64,000 nucleotides of DNA from an uncultured Gemmatimonadales bacterium. Lineage in GTDB: Bacteria; Gemmatimonadota; Gemmatimonadetes; Longimicrobiales; Gaopeijiaceae. Shown in pieces: positions 49,919-60,727 of this stretch (its first letter is position 1; each line of letters starts with the position of its first letter). Position numbers and translations under genes: made by a program. The notes beneath the pieces were generated by a model. It was not told the origin of the DNA. It searched no databases and saw only the letters and a program-made list of their open reading frames with translations. Location of the stretch: NCBI GenBank assembly GCA_963823035.1, contig CAWGKG010000019.1, positions 1 to 64,000 on the forward strand. The letters run 5' to 3'.

Positions 49919-50460
49919 ATGAACCAGCTGCGCAGAGTGGCCGCAGCGGCCTATCTCCTGGCCGCGCTCCTGATCGTGTTCACCTCCATGGACCTGGTGC
50001 AGAGCGTCTGGCCGATCCGGGCGGGCGACGTTCAGTGGCGGGTCCTGTCGGTCGGGCTCCTGAGCCGGATGTTGATCACGCCGCTTCTCGGGCTGGTGGT
50101 AGCCTATTTCGCGGCGCTTCTCATGGAGCATCGACGCGTGCTCCGTACACTGGCGGTCCTGGAGGCCCTGCTCGCGGTGCTCCTCGTGGTCGGTATCGGC
50201 TTCTACGCGCTCGACGCCCTCGAGCTGCGGGCGCGGCATCACCGAGGGCAACCGCAACTACGACCTCGGGATCGCCTTCTCCTTCGTGAAGTACATCGTT
50301 CGGCTTCGTGGTGCTCGCGGTGCTGACGATCGGCCAATGGCGCGCAGCGTCGGGGATACGGAAGGGGGGCACTCGTCGTCAGGGCTCGGAGCCCGCGACG
50401 CCCGTGGTGTTCGCGCCGGGCGAGAAGGGACGGAGCGCCCAGCGCGGCCAAGCCTCCTGA
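49919..50460 (+). CDS. Hypothetical membrane protein (frameshifted, end uncertain)
   Basis: Hydrophobic helices with WPIRAGDVQWR motif; the frame breaks near 50235. Confidence 0.55.
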
Positions 50461-50509
50461 AGTGGAGCCGATCCAGGAAGCCTGAGCGCGTCCAACCGGC
50501 GCCCAGACG

Positions 50510-51574
50510 ATGTCCAGCGCCCGAAGGATGGGGTCCGGCGCTCTGTCCGCACTCCTGGCCGCGCTCCTGACGGGCGCGCCGTCCCCCGGTTGGGCGCAGG
50601 TAGCTCGTTCGGGCAACCCGGTCTTCCCTGGATGGTACGCCGATCCCGAGGCCCACGTCTTCGACGGCGCCTACTGGATCTACCCGACCACCTCCGCGCC
50701 GTACGACGAGCAGACGTTCATGGACGCCTTCTCGTCCACCGACCTCGTGACGTGGACGCGCCATCCGCACGTCCTCGCGCTCGAGAGCGTGACGTGGGGC
50801 CGACGGGCGCTGTGGGCGCCGTCCGTCGTGGAGAAGGACGGCTGGTACTACATCTTCTTCTCCGCCAACGACATCCAGAGCGACGACGAGCTCGGTGGGA
50901 TCGGGGTGGCCCGGGCGCGCTCGCCGGACGGGCCCTTCGAGGACTGGCTGGGGAAGCCGCTGATCGGGCGGTTCCACAACGGTGCGCAGCCGATCGACCC
51001 CTTCGTCTTCCAGGACGTGGACGGAACCTGGTACGTGACGTACGGAGGCTGGCGGCATTGCAACATCGCCCGTCTGAACGACGACTTCACGGGCTTCGTG
51101 CCGTTCGAGGACGGCACCACCTTCCGCGAGATCACGCCCGAGGGCTACGTCGAGGGGTCCTATATGCTCCGGAAGGACGGCCGCTACTGGTTCATGTGGT
51201 CCGAAGGCGGGTGGACGGGCCCCGACTACGCGGTGGCGTATGCGGTCGCCGCCTCACCCACGGGCCCGTTCGAGCGGGTGGGGAAGATCCTCGAGCAGGA
51301 CCCCGAGGTCGCCACCGGCGCGGGCCACCATTCGGTGCTGCACGCTCCGGGCTCCGACCGCTGGTACATCGTCTACCACCGCCGCCCCCTGGGCGAGACG
51401 GACCGGAACCACCGCGTGGTGTGCATCGACGAGCTGCACTTCACCGCTGACGGGCGCATCGAGCCCGTGACGATCACGAAGGAGGGCGTGGCGCCGGACC
51501 CCATCGCCCCCGAAGGCACCAGGCGTCCGGCGCCCACGCGTCCTCAGGAGGATCCGGCCGGCCGGTCTCCGTAG
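50510..51574 (+). CDS. Glycoside hydrolase family 43
   Basis: NPVFPGWYADPE, WAP, QPIDP.VF.D.DG, YVEG, GAGHHS, YHRRP. Confidence 0.9.
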   Translation: MSSARRMGSGALSALLAALLTGAPSPGWAQVARSGNPVFPGWYADPEAHVFDGAYWIYPTTSAPYDEQTFMDAFSSTDLVTWTRHPHVLALESVTWGRRALWAPSVVEKDGWYYIFFSANDIQSDDELGGIGVARARSPDGPFEDWLGKPLIGRFHNGAQPIDPFVFQDVDGTWYVTYGGWRHCNIARLNDDFTGFVPFEDGTTFREITPEGYVEGSYMLRKDGRYWFMWSEGGWTGPDYAVAYAVAASPTGPFERVGKILEQDPEVATGAGHHSVLHAPGSDRWYIVYHRRPLGETDRNHRVVCIDELHFTADGRIEPVTITKEGVAPDPIAPEGTRRPAPTRPQEDPAGRSP

Positions 51575-52886
51575 ATCAGATAGGGCGCGCGCCGCTGCTC
51601 GAAGGCCGCGAGGGCGGTGTCCCATCCGGCGGTGATCTCGGCCAGGTCCTGCCCGGCGTCGATCGCCAGGCGGATCTTGTCCGTTCCCGACAGCCGATCC
51701 ATCGCGGCGTCGCGCCACGCCCAATGGTCTCCCGATCGGCGGTAGACCTCGATCAGGGTGGCGATCCCCGCGCGTGGCGCGTCGTAGTCGGTCGCGAGGG
51801 GCACGAGCGTCACGCCGTGCACCTCGACGCCCTCGAACTTCCCGTCACCGGCTTCGTGCGGCGTGAACGTCGCTGGATCGAAGCGCACGCCGGGGATCTC
51901 CCGCGCGTTCAGCGCCGCCGCGAGCTCCTCGCCGTCCAGCCAGGGCGCGCCCATCCACTGGTAGGCGTGCTCGCTTCCCCGGCCGACGGAGATCGGCGTG
52001 GCCTCGAAGAGGCACGTGCCCGCGTAGGCCAACGCGCTCTCCAGCGTGGGCATGCTGGGCGACGGCTTGACCCAGGGGAGCCCCGTCTGGTCGAACGTCA
52101 TGTCCCTGCGCCAGCCATCCATCGGGACGACCTCCAGGTCGACGTGGATCCCGAACTCGCCGACCAGCATCCGGGCGAGCTCGGCGTTGGTCATCCCGTG
52201 GCGCATGGGCACGGGATACATCCCGACGAACGACGCGAACGCGGGATCGAGGACGTTGCCCTGCACCACGTCACCACGAATGGGGTTCGGGCGGTCCAGC
52301 ACGATGAACGGAATGCCCTTCTCGCCTGCGGCCTGCATGCCGTAGGCCATGGTGGACGGGTAGGTGTAGTAGCGGACGCCGACGCCCTGGATGTCGAAGA
52401 GCAGCACGTCGATGCCCTCGAGCATCTCCTGCGGGAAGCGGACCGAGGCGCCGTAGACGGAGTGGACGGGGATCCCCGTCTTCTCGTCCACGCCCTCCGC
52501 GATGTCCGCGCCCGCGTTCTCGACGCCCCGGATGCCGTGCTCGGGCGCATAGAGCGCCACCAGCTCCACGTCGGGGCTTTCGTGCAGGAGGTCGATGGAC
52601 GACTTGCCCGTGTGATCGAGGCCCGAGTGGTTGGTGATCAGCCCGACCCGCTTGCCGCGGACCAGGTGGACGGAGTCGGAGAGAAGGACCTCGATGCCCG
52701 GCCGCACGATCTCGGGCGCCGCGCCGGCGGCCGCGTCGCCCGCGTCCCCGCGGGTGGGGCGCAGGCTCCCTGGAGAAGGGTGAACAGGAGGACCGGAATT
52801 CCGGCCAGGGCGGGACGCAGGACGCGGATCGCGTGCCGTCCCGTGGGGTCGCGGCGCACGAGGCGCCCGGAGGTCTGGGTGTCCAT
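51544..52886 (-). CDS. namZ: DUF1343 exo-beta-N-acetylmuramidase NamZ/YbbC family lipoprotein (frameshift near 52750)
   Basis: GKRVGLITNHSG, PEHGIRG, FDIQ.VG.RYYTY, VLDRPNP, RHGMT..ELA, W..PSPSMP, SVGRG, R.PYLIY; lipobox-like QGAC in the upstream frame. Confidence 0.85.
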
Positions 52887-52990
52887 GAAGAGAACCTCCG
52901 AGACCGGCCTCCCTTCGGCAAGACAGGCATGGAGGGTGTTCGCCGGAGGCGGGATGGCCGGGATCCGGCGCACCGGATAGCTTGCTGCGC

Positions 52991-53806
52991 ATGAAGGCAC
53001 GCCGGTCCCTCTCTCTCCTTCTCGCAGCGGGCCTCCTGGGCCCGTCCGCGGCCTGCGAGCGCGAAGCGCCCGCGCCCCTGCGGGTGATGACCTACAACAT
53101 CCACTACGGGGATCCCGACCTGGCGCCCATCGCCGACGTGATCTGCGCCGCCGAGGCGGACGTGGTGAGCCTGCAGGAGGTCGACGTCCACTGGTCGGAG
53201 CGGAGCGGCTTCGCCGACGAGGCGGCCTACGTCGCGGCGACGTGCGGCATGGAGGTCCGCTTCGGGCCGATCTACACCCTCCCACCACTGGAGGAGGGTG
53301 CTCCGCCCCGCCAGTTCGGTGTCGCCGTCCTGAGCCGCCTCCCCATCCGGGCCTCGGTCAACCACGAGCTGACGCGGCTGTCCACGCAGACGGAGGGCGA
53401 TCCGCAGCCGCTGCCTGGCTTCCTCCAGGTCACCGTGGACCTCGACGGAGCCGAGGTGGACGTCTTCTCGACGCACCTGGACTTCCGCCCGGATCCCTCC
53501 GTGCGACGGACCCAGGTGGCGGAGATGCTCGCGATCCTGGGCGACACGGCACGGCCGGTCGTGCTGATGGGCGACATGAACGCCACGCCCGATCACGAAG
53601 AGCTGGCCCCGCTCTTCGGCAGGCTGCGGGACGCGTGGCCCGCGGGTGGCGACCCGGGCTTCACCTTCCCGAGCGACGCTCCGGTGCGACGGATCGACTT
53701 CGTATTCCTCGGCGGGCCGCTCGCGGTGGTGTCCGCGCGCGTCCTGGACACGACGGCATCGGACCACCGGCCCATGGTGGCGGATCTCCTGCTGTCGCGC
53801 CCCTGA
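52991..53806 (+). CDS. Secreted endonuclease/exonuclease/phosphatase family protein
   Basis: LRVMTYNIH, LQEVD, STHLD, GDMNA, RIDFVF, SDHRP. Confidence 0.9.
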   Translation: MKARRSLSLLLAAGLLGPSAACEREAPAPLRVMTYNIHYGDPDLAPIADVICAAEADVVSLQEVDVHWSERSGFADEAAYVAATCGMEVRFGPIYTLPPLEEGAPPRQFGVAVLSRLPIRASVNHELTRLSTQTEGDPQPLPGFLQVTVDLDGAEVDVFSTHLDFRPDPSVRRTQVAEMLAILGDTARPVVLMGDMNATPDHEELAPLFGRLRDAWPAGGDPGFTFPSDAPVRRIDFVFLGGPLAVVSARVLDTTASDHRPMVADLLLSRP

Positions 53807-54003
53807 GGTCACGGCCGCGGGCGCCTCTCGACCGTCCGGTTACAGGGACTTCCCGAAGGTGTGACGTCGATTCGCCGAAAGGTCGCAACCCACCGCGCCT
53901 CAAGGGGTTGATGGCCAGGACCCCCGGGGTTAGATCCAACCCACCAGGGGGGCTCCGAGCGGGTCCCCTTCGGCATCCATAACCTGCACCAAAGGGGGTC
54001 AGT

Positions 54004-57000
54004 ATGCGCTCTGCCCCGTTCGCCCGCGCTTTGCCTACCCGCGTTGGGCTCCTTGTCCACACCGCCGTGCTCGCTATGGCGCTCTCGGCAGCTCCGCTGC
54101 GGGCCCAGACGGGCTCCGTCGTTGGGCGTGTGGTGGACGGTCAGACGGGCCAAGCGATCGCCACCGCGCAGGTGGTCATCACAGGCACCAACCTCGGCGT
54201 CCTGGTCGACGCGGAAGGACGCTTCCGGATCGACAACGTGCCGGTGGGCACGCGCGAGGTACGCGCCATCCGCATCGGCTACCAACCGGCTTCCGCATCC
54301 GTGACGGTCGGCGTGGGGGCGCCGGCCTCCGTCGAGCTGCGCATGATGGAGACCGCGATCGCGCTCGACGAGATCGTCATCACCGGTACGGCGGGCGACA
54401 CGCGCCGGAAGGCCATCGGCAACGCGGTCTCGTCCGTGAACGCGAGCCAGATCCTGCAGAACGCCCCGGCTCTGAACGTGACCGAGGTCCTGCAGGCCAA
54501 GACGCCCGGGCTCACGATCATGCCGGGTTCCGGCACGGCGGGCACGGGCTCGAACTTCCGGTTGCGGGGCGCGACCTCCGTGTACGCGAACACGCAGCCT
54601 ACGGTCTACGTGGACGGCGTCCGCATCCGCAGCACCACGACCGGGAACTTCAACGTGTTCGGGCAGAGCACGTCCGCCCTGGACGCGATCAACCCCGCCG
54701 ACATCGAGTCCATCGAGGTCATCAAGGGCCCGGCGGCGGCGACGCTGTACGGCGCGGAGGCGGCGGCGGGCGTGATCCAGATCATCACCAAGAAGGGTAG
54801 GCCGGGCACGGTGCAGTGGGACGCCCGCATGGAGTATGGCGGCAACGAGTGGGTGGACGCGCTCCGCCCGATCAACTACGGCGTCGCCACGGCCGCGCGC
54901 ATCGCGGACCCCGTGAACTACCCCGCGTACCAGGGCATGCAGGTCGGCGACATCTACTCGCACCGCGTCATGAGCGAGCCCAACGCGCTGCGCGTCGGCA
55001 AGCTGACCAACTTCTCCCTGGGAGCGCGGGGGGGTGGCGAGAACTACGCCTTCTACGTGTCCGGCGGCCGCAACGACGAGGAGGGGACGTACTACAACAA
55101 CTACTCGAACCGCACCTCGCTGCGCGGCAACTTCCAGTTCCAGCCCTCGCAGAAGCTCACGTTCTCGGCAGACGTCGGGTACAGCATCAACGAGGTGCGG
55201 CTCCCGCTGAGCGACAACATCGCCACCGGGCTCATCATCAGCTCGTACCTGGCCACGCCGGGCCGCGCGTACCCGTTCCCGGCCGGGCTGAACTACTTCA
55301 CGATCGCCCCGGAAACGTTCAACACGTACGACAACGTCACCCGCACGGACCGCTTCATCCTCGGCGGGACGAGCCGAGTACAAGTTCACGGACTGGCTGA
55401 GCAACAAGCTCACCGTGGGCTACGACCTCGGAGCGGGTCAGGCCGAGGTGTACTTCGCGCCCGCACCTCCCGGCACCAACCCCTTCACTGCGCGTGCGAG
55501 CTTCAACTTCGACAACACGAAGGGGCTCATCGCCGAGGGCCGTCCGATCTACAAGAACCTCACCGTGGATTGGTCGGCGCTCGCGACGCGTCGGATCAAC
55601 GAGACGATGGTGTCGAACTCATCGCTGGGGCTCCAGTACCTGAGCAACAGCGCGGAGCGCACCGAATCCTACGGGCAGGACCTGGGCGCCGCGGGGATCC
55701 GCTCCATCGCCGCGGCCGCGGTCACGTGGGGCAACCAGAGCTTCTCGGAGCAGAAGTCCCTCGGCTTCTACGCGCAGGAGCAGGTGGGTTGGCGCGACCG
55801 GCTGTTCGTCACCACCGCCGTACGCATGGACAACAACTCCGCCTTCGGCTCGAAGCTGAACCGGGTGTTCTACCCCAAGGTGTCGGCGTCGTGGGTGATC
55901 TCGGACGAGGACTTCTTCAGCCTGCCCCGGGTCGACCAGCTGCGCTTGAGGGCGGCATGGGGCCAGGCGGGGAACTCCCCCGGCCCGTTCGACGCCGTGC
56001 GCAGCTACACGACGTCCGTCGCCACCGGCGAGTCGGGGACGTCGTCTGCCCTGCGCTACAGCTCCGTGGGCAACCCCGACCTGAAGCCGGAGCGGGCCTC
56101 GGAGATCGAGGTCGGTTTCGAGGCCGACATGTTCAACGGGCGGGTCGGCGTCGACCTGAGCTACTACAACAGCAAGACGAAGGACGCGCTCCTGCCGGTG
56201 TCCGTGGCGCCCTCCACCGGCTTCACCGGGTCGCAGCTCCAGAACCTCGGTACGATCGCCAACAGTGGGTTCGAGCTGCTGTTGAACGCGACCCCGCTGC
56301 GGAACTCGTTCCTCACGTGGGAGTCCACGATCAGCCTCTCCACGAACCACAACGAGCTGTTGTCGTTCGGCGACGAGCGCGCGCCGATCGTCCTGACGAT
56401 CTACGCGCCGGTCCAGCGCTACCAGGTGGGCTACCCGCTCGCCGGGTACTGGGCGGCGAAGGTCCAGTACGACGCGGCCGGGAACCTGATCAAGACGTCC
56501 GCAGGCCGTCCGATCCTGCAGGACACGGCGATCTACATGGGCCCGTCGATCCCCACGCGTGAGGTCGCGTTCTCGAACACCTTCACGCTCTTCGACCGGC
56601 TGCACCTGCACGGCCTGCTCGACTACAAGGGTGGGCACTACATGTTCAACGTGAAGGACTGGCGGCGGGACCGCTCGGGCGTGTCGTGGGCGACGGTGAA
56701 CCCCGCTGCGGACCCCGACGAGGTGCTGGTGCGGCAGTTCGCGTCGCAGACCTTCCTCGACATCCAGAAGGCCGACTTCCTCAAGCTGCGTGACCTTTCC
56801 GTCAGCTACGACCTCCCCGCGGCGTTCCTCGACCGGTTCGGGGTCCGGCGCTCCACCCTCACGCTGGCGGGCCACAACCTGAAGATCTGGACCAAGTACG
56901 GAGGAGCCGATCCGGAGGTGAACTTCACCGGAGACGATACGTTCAACCGCAACGACTCGTGGACGGTGCCGCAGACCCGACGCCTGTCCGCCTCGCTCAC

Positions 57001-57013
57001 GGTGAGCTTCTGA
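54004..57013 (+). CDS. SusC/RagA-family TonB-dependent receptor (frameshift near 55375)
   Basis: Carboxypeptidase-regulatory-like N-domain; LDEIVITGT; INPADIESIEVIKGPAAATLYG..A..GVIQIITKKG; GNPDLKPER..EIE.G; terminal Phe. Confidence 0.92.
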
Positions 57014-57045
57014 TGGCCGCCCCAACGACTTCCGGAGAAGCCGGC

Positions 57046-58335
57046 ATGAACGCGAACACGATGCGCAGGCGCCGCGGTGTCGCGGCGACCATGGCGCTCC
57101 TGGTCGGGTTGGCCGCCGCGGGGTGCAACAACCTGCTGGACGTGACCAACCCGGAATTCATCAGCCAAGAACAGCTCACCGACCCGGCGCTCGAGCAGCT
57201 CGTGGTGAACGGCGTAGTCGGCGAGTTCCAGTACGCGTACGGCTACTACGCGCTCTACTCGTCGGCGATGACCGACGAGACGTTCATCGACCACACCCAG
57301 GTGGATATCCGCGAGCTCACGCTCCGCAACATCCTCGAGAGCAACACCGTCAACGCGGCCATCTACGCCAACCTCCATCGCGCCCGCCAGTCGGCGGAGG
57401 ACGGAATCGACCGGCTCACGGAGATGCTCGGAGAGGCCGAGGCGGGCAGAAGCCTGAACATGGCCACGATCATGGCCTACGGCGCCTATGCGTATACGCT
57501 GCTTGGCGAGGGCTTCTGCGAATCCACGGTGAACCTGAGCGCTCCCCTCTCGTCCGACGAGATGCTGCAGCGGGGCATCGACATGTTCGACCGGGCGATC
57601 ACGACGGCACAGGCGTCGGGCTCCAGCGCCGCGGCCACCGACATCATCAACATGGCCCGGGTGGGTGCGGCGCGGGCGTCGCTGAAGCTCGGCGACGGCT
57701 CCGGGGCGGCCGCGTATGCGGGGTTGGTGCCGGCCGACTACGAGAAATACGCCTGGTACTCGGCGAACTCGGTGCGGGAGAACAACATCTTCCAGGCGCC
57801 GGCAGGCACGTCGGGCTCGTGGCTGAGCATGGGACCGAGCTTCCAGGCGCTGGCCGATCCGCGTGCGCCGGCGACCACGCTGACGGACATCCGCGGGCTC
57901 AACTCCAACCCGATCTTCCCGCCGCAGAAGCCGATCATGTACCAGGGTTGGTCGGCCGCCGCGGAGAACGACATGATCCAGAACGAGACGAGCATCAAGT
58001 TCGCGACCGGGTTGGAGGCCCGGTACGTGGTGGCGGAGGTGCAGGGACCCACGGCTGCGACGCTGGACTTCGTCAACGAGCGGCGCGCGGTGGGCGGGAA
58101 GGACCCCGTGAGCCTCTCGGGGAACGACCTCATGGCGGAGCTGCGCTGGCAGCGTGGCATCGACCTGTACCTCACCGGGCAGCGGCTCGGCGACCTGCGT
58201 CGCTACAAGGCCGACCTGGGGATCGATCTCTTCCCCAGCGGGAAGTTCCCCGTGTCCAACGAGGTCTACAGTGACGCCACCTGCTTCGTGGTGCCGCTGA
58301 CGGAGAAGAACTCGAACCCCAACTACCCCCGCTGA
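57046..58335 (+). CDS. SusD/RagB-family lipoprotein
   Basis: Lipobox AAGC..LLDVTNP; follows susC; R..DLYL.GQRLGDLRR; P...EKNSNPN. Confidence 0.88.
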   Translation: MNANTMRRRRGVAATMALLVGLAAAGCNNLLDVTNPEFISQEQLTDPALEQLVVNGVVGEFQYAYGYYALYSSAMTDETFIDHTQVDIRELTLRNILESNTVNAAIYANLHRARQSAEDGIDRLTEMLGEAEAGRSLNMATIMAYGAYAYTLLGEGFCESTVNLSAPLSSDEMLQRGIDMFDRAITTAQASGSSAAATDIINMARVGAARASLKLGDGSGAAAYAGLVPADYEKYAWYSANSVRENNIFQAPAGTSGSWLSMGPSFQALADPRAPATTLTDIRGLNSNPIFPPQKPIMYQGWSAAAENDMIQNETSIKFATGLEARYVVAEVQGPTAATLDFVNERRAVGGKDPVSLSGNDLMAELRWQRGIDLYLTGQRLGDLRRYKADLGIDLFPSGKFPVSNEVYSDATCFVVPLTEKNSNPNYPR

Positions 58336-58347
58336 CCTGCGGGAGCG

Positions 58348-58402
58348 AAGCCCGGGGCCCGGGGGCCCGTGCGATCGGCACGGCCCCGGGCCGCCGGGCT
58401 TC
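58348..58402 (+). other. GC-rich intergenic stem-loop after susD
   Basis: AAGCCCGG..GGCCCGGGG..CCGTGC / GCACGG..CCCCGGGCC..CCGGGCTT; no clear U-tract. Confidence 0.5.
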
Positions 58403-58421
58403 TCCGTGGGGGAACCCCGGC

Positions 58422-60714
58422 ATGTCCATATCCAGGGCGTACGTCGCGACGATCCTCACGCTCCTGGTCGCGTTCCCCCGCGCGGGGCACGCCCAGGCGT
58501 CGACCGATACGGTCCGCATCGCGAACGACGCCATCCGCGTGGGGTTCGACGGCAGCAACGGAAGGCTGGTCGAGCTCACGGACGCCGGCACCGGGCAGCG
58601 GTTCGTGGCGTCGGTGGCCGACGCCGGGGGGCCGTGGCTCCTCGATCTCCCCGCGGGGAGTCCCGAAGCCGCCGTGACGCCCGCGGACGCCGGGAGCTTC
58701 CGGACCGAGCGGCAGGCGGACGGGACGTCGTTGCGCCTGGTGTGGTCGGACTTCGACCTGGCGGCGGCTCCCGGGCTGCAGGTCGTGGTGACCGTGGGTC
58801 TCCGGGGCGGCGAGGCCGATGACCGAATGGCACATCGCGCTGAGCGGGCTCGGGACGCTGGGCGTGGAGCAGGTACGCTTCCCGAGGATCTTCGGCATCC
58901 CTCCGCTCGGTGCGGGGGAGGAGCTCGCCGTGCCCCGTTGGATGGGGCAACGCACGCACGATCCGCGCGCCCAGCTCGCGGGGCGCGACGGGGGTGGGCG
59001 CCGCCTGGAGTGGGCCTACCCCGGCGCGCTCGCCATGCAGATGCTGGCCCTGTACCGACCGGACCGCGCGGGGCTCTACCTGGCCACCGACGACACACTG
59101 GCCTACCGGAAGACGTTCGCGCTCCAGGGCGCGCCGGACGGGTCCGCTTCCTACGAGGTGGCGCAGGAGCTCTCCGACCCCGCTGCGCCGCGCGACGCGT
59201 GGCAGCCGGCCTTCGGCTCGGTGGTCGGGACCTTCCACGGTGACTGGATCACCGCCGTCGAGCGCTACCGCGCATGGGGCACCCGGCAGCGGTGGGCACG
59301 GGAAAGCAGGCTCGCGCGGGGGCGGGTGCCGCAGTGGCTGCTGGATACCGGGATGTGGGTGTGGAACCGCGGGCGCTCTCCCGGCGTGCTCCTGCCCGCC
59401 GAGGCGCTGCGGGAGAAGCTCGGTCTTCCCGTGAGCGTCTTCTGGCATTGGTGGCACCACGGTCCGTACGACACGAGCTTCCCCGACTACCTCCCTCCGC
59501 GCGAGGGCGTGGAGGCGTTCGTGCGCGCGGTGCGCGAGGCGCACGCGGACGACGTGCACATGATCACGTACATGAACCAGCGTCTATGGTGCACGCACAC
59601 GCCGAGCTGGGAGGCCGAGGGCGCCGAGCGCTGGGCCGTGAAGGGACGCGACCTGAAGGTGCACGAGGAGGTCTACAACATCTTCGACCCGCAGCCGTGC
59701 GCGCCGATGGACGTCACCACGCAGTTCTGGCGCGACAAGTACGCGGGCATTGCGGATACGGTGCTGAACCAGTACGGCGTGGACGGCATCTACATGGACC
59801 AGGCCGTCCTCTCGCTGGTCTGCTGGGACCCGACGCACGGCCACCCGGTGGGAGGTGGCAACTACTGGATGGGCGGCTTCGAGAAGCTCGCCGCCGACAT
59901 CCGCCGGCGGGCGGAGAGCGGACCCGAGCTGCTCCTCGCGGGGGAGGGCGCGGGTGAGGCGTGGCTTCCGTCGCTGGACCTCATGCTGACGCTGCAGGTC
60001 AGCCAGGAGCGCTACTCCGATCCCGCCAACGGGTGGGAGCCGATCCCGATGTTCCAGGCGGCGTACCACGCCTACGGCATCACGTACGGGAGCTATTCGT
60101 CGCTGACGATGCCCCCCTACGACGACCTGTGGCCCGACTCGACCGCGCCGGCCGAGCCGCTGAAGCTCCTCGACGTGGCCTTCCGCCGGCAGTTCCACCT
60201 GGAGCAGGCCCGCTCGTTCGTGTGGGGGATCCAGCCGACCATCGCCAACTTCATGCCGAGCCACCTCACGGACCGGCCCGAGGAGACTGCGTACATGATG
60301 CGGTTGGCCAGGGTGCGGGCCGCGGCGCTTCCATGGCTCCTCCACGGCACCTTCCTGCGCCCGCCGGAGCTGGACGCGCCCGAGGTGGACGTGACGCTCT
60401 CGCGCGTCTCGATCTACGCCGCGCAGCGGAGTGGTCCGCGGGTCTCGGAGGGGCGCTATCCGGCCGCGATCGCCGGGGCGTGGCGGGCAGCGGACGGGAG
60501 CGTGGCCATAGCGCTGGCGAGCATCGTCGCCGAGGCGTCGTCCGTGGGCTTCTCGTTCGACGCGGGGGCCTACGGCCTCGGAGGAGGCGGAAGGATCTTC
60601 CGGATCGACGAGGCCGGACGCACCGACTTCGGGGCGTTCGGGCCGGGTGCCACGCCGGTGCGTGTACAACTGCCGCCCGGGGGCGCCGTCGTCCTGGAAT
60701 TCCGGGCGCCCTGA
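58422..60714 (+). CDS. Secreted putative glycoside hydrolase, DUF6259-like (frameshift near 58815)
   Basis: Signal peptide; YPG...MQ, G.W..A...YR.W, FWHWWH..YDT.FPDYLP, Y.N.RLW, DGIYMDQ, H.HP.GGG..W. Confidence 0.7.
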
Positions 60715-60727
60715 GCGGGCGCGGGCG

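Noticed and set aside
53850..54000. Possible c-di-GMP or c-di-AMP riboswitch upstream of susC (GCCGAAAGGT..CGCAA)
   Set aside because: The conserved core and pairing of either class could not be completed by eye; needs an Infernal search.
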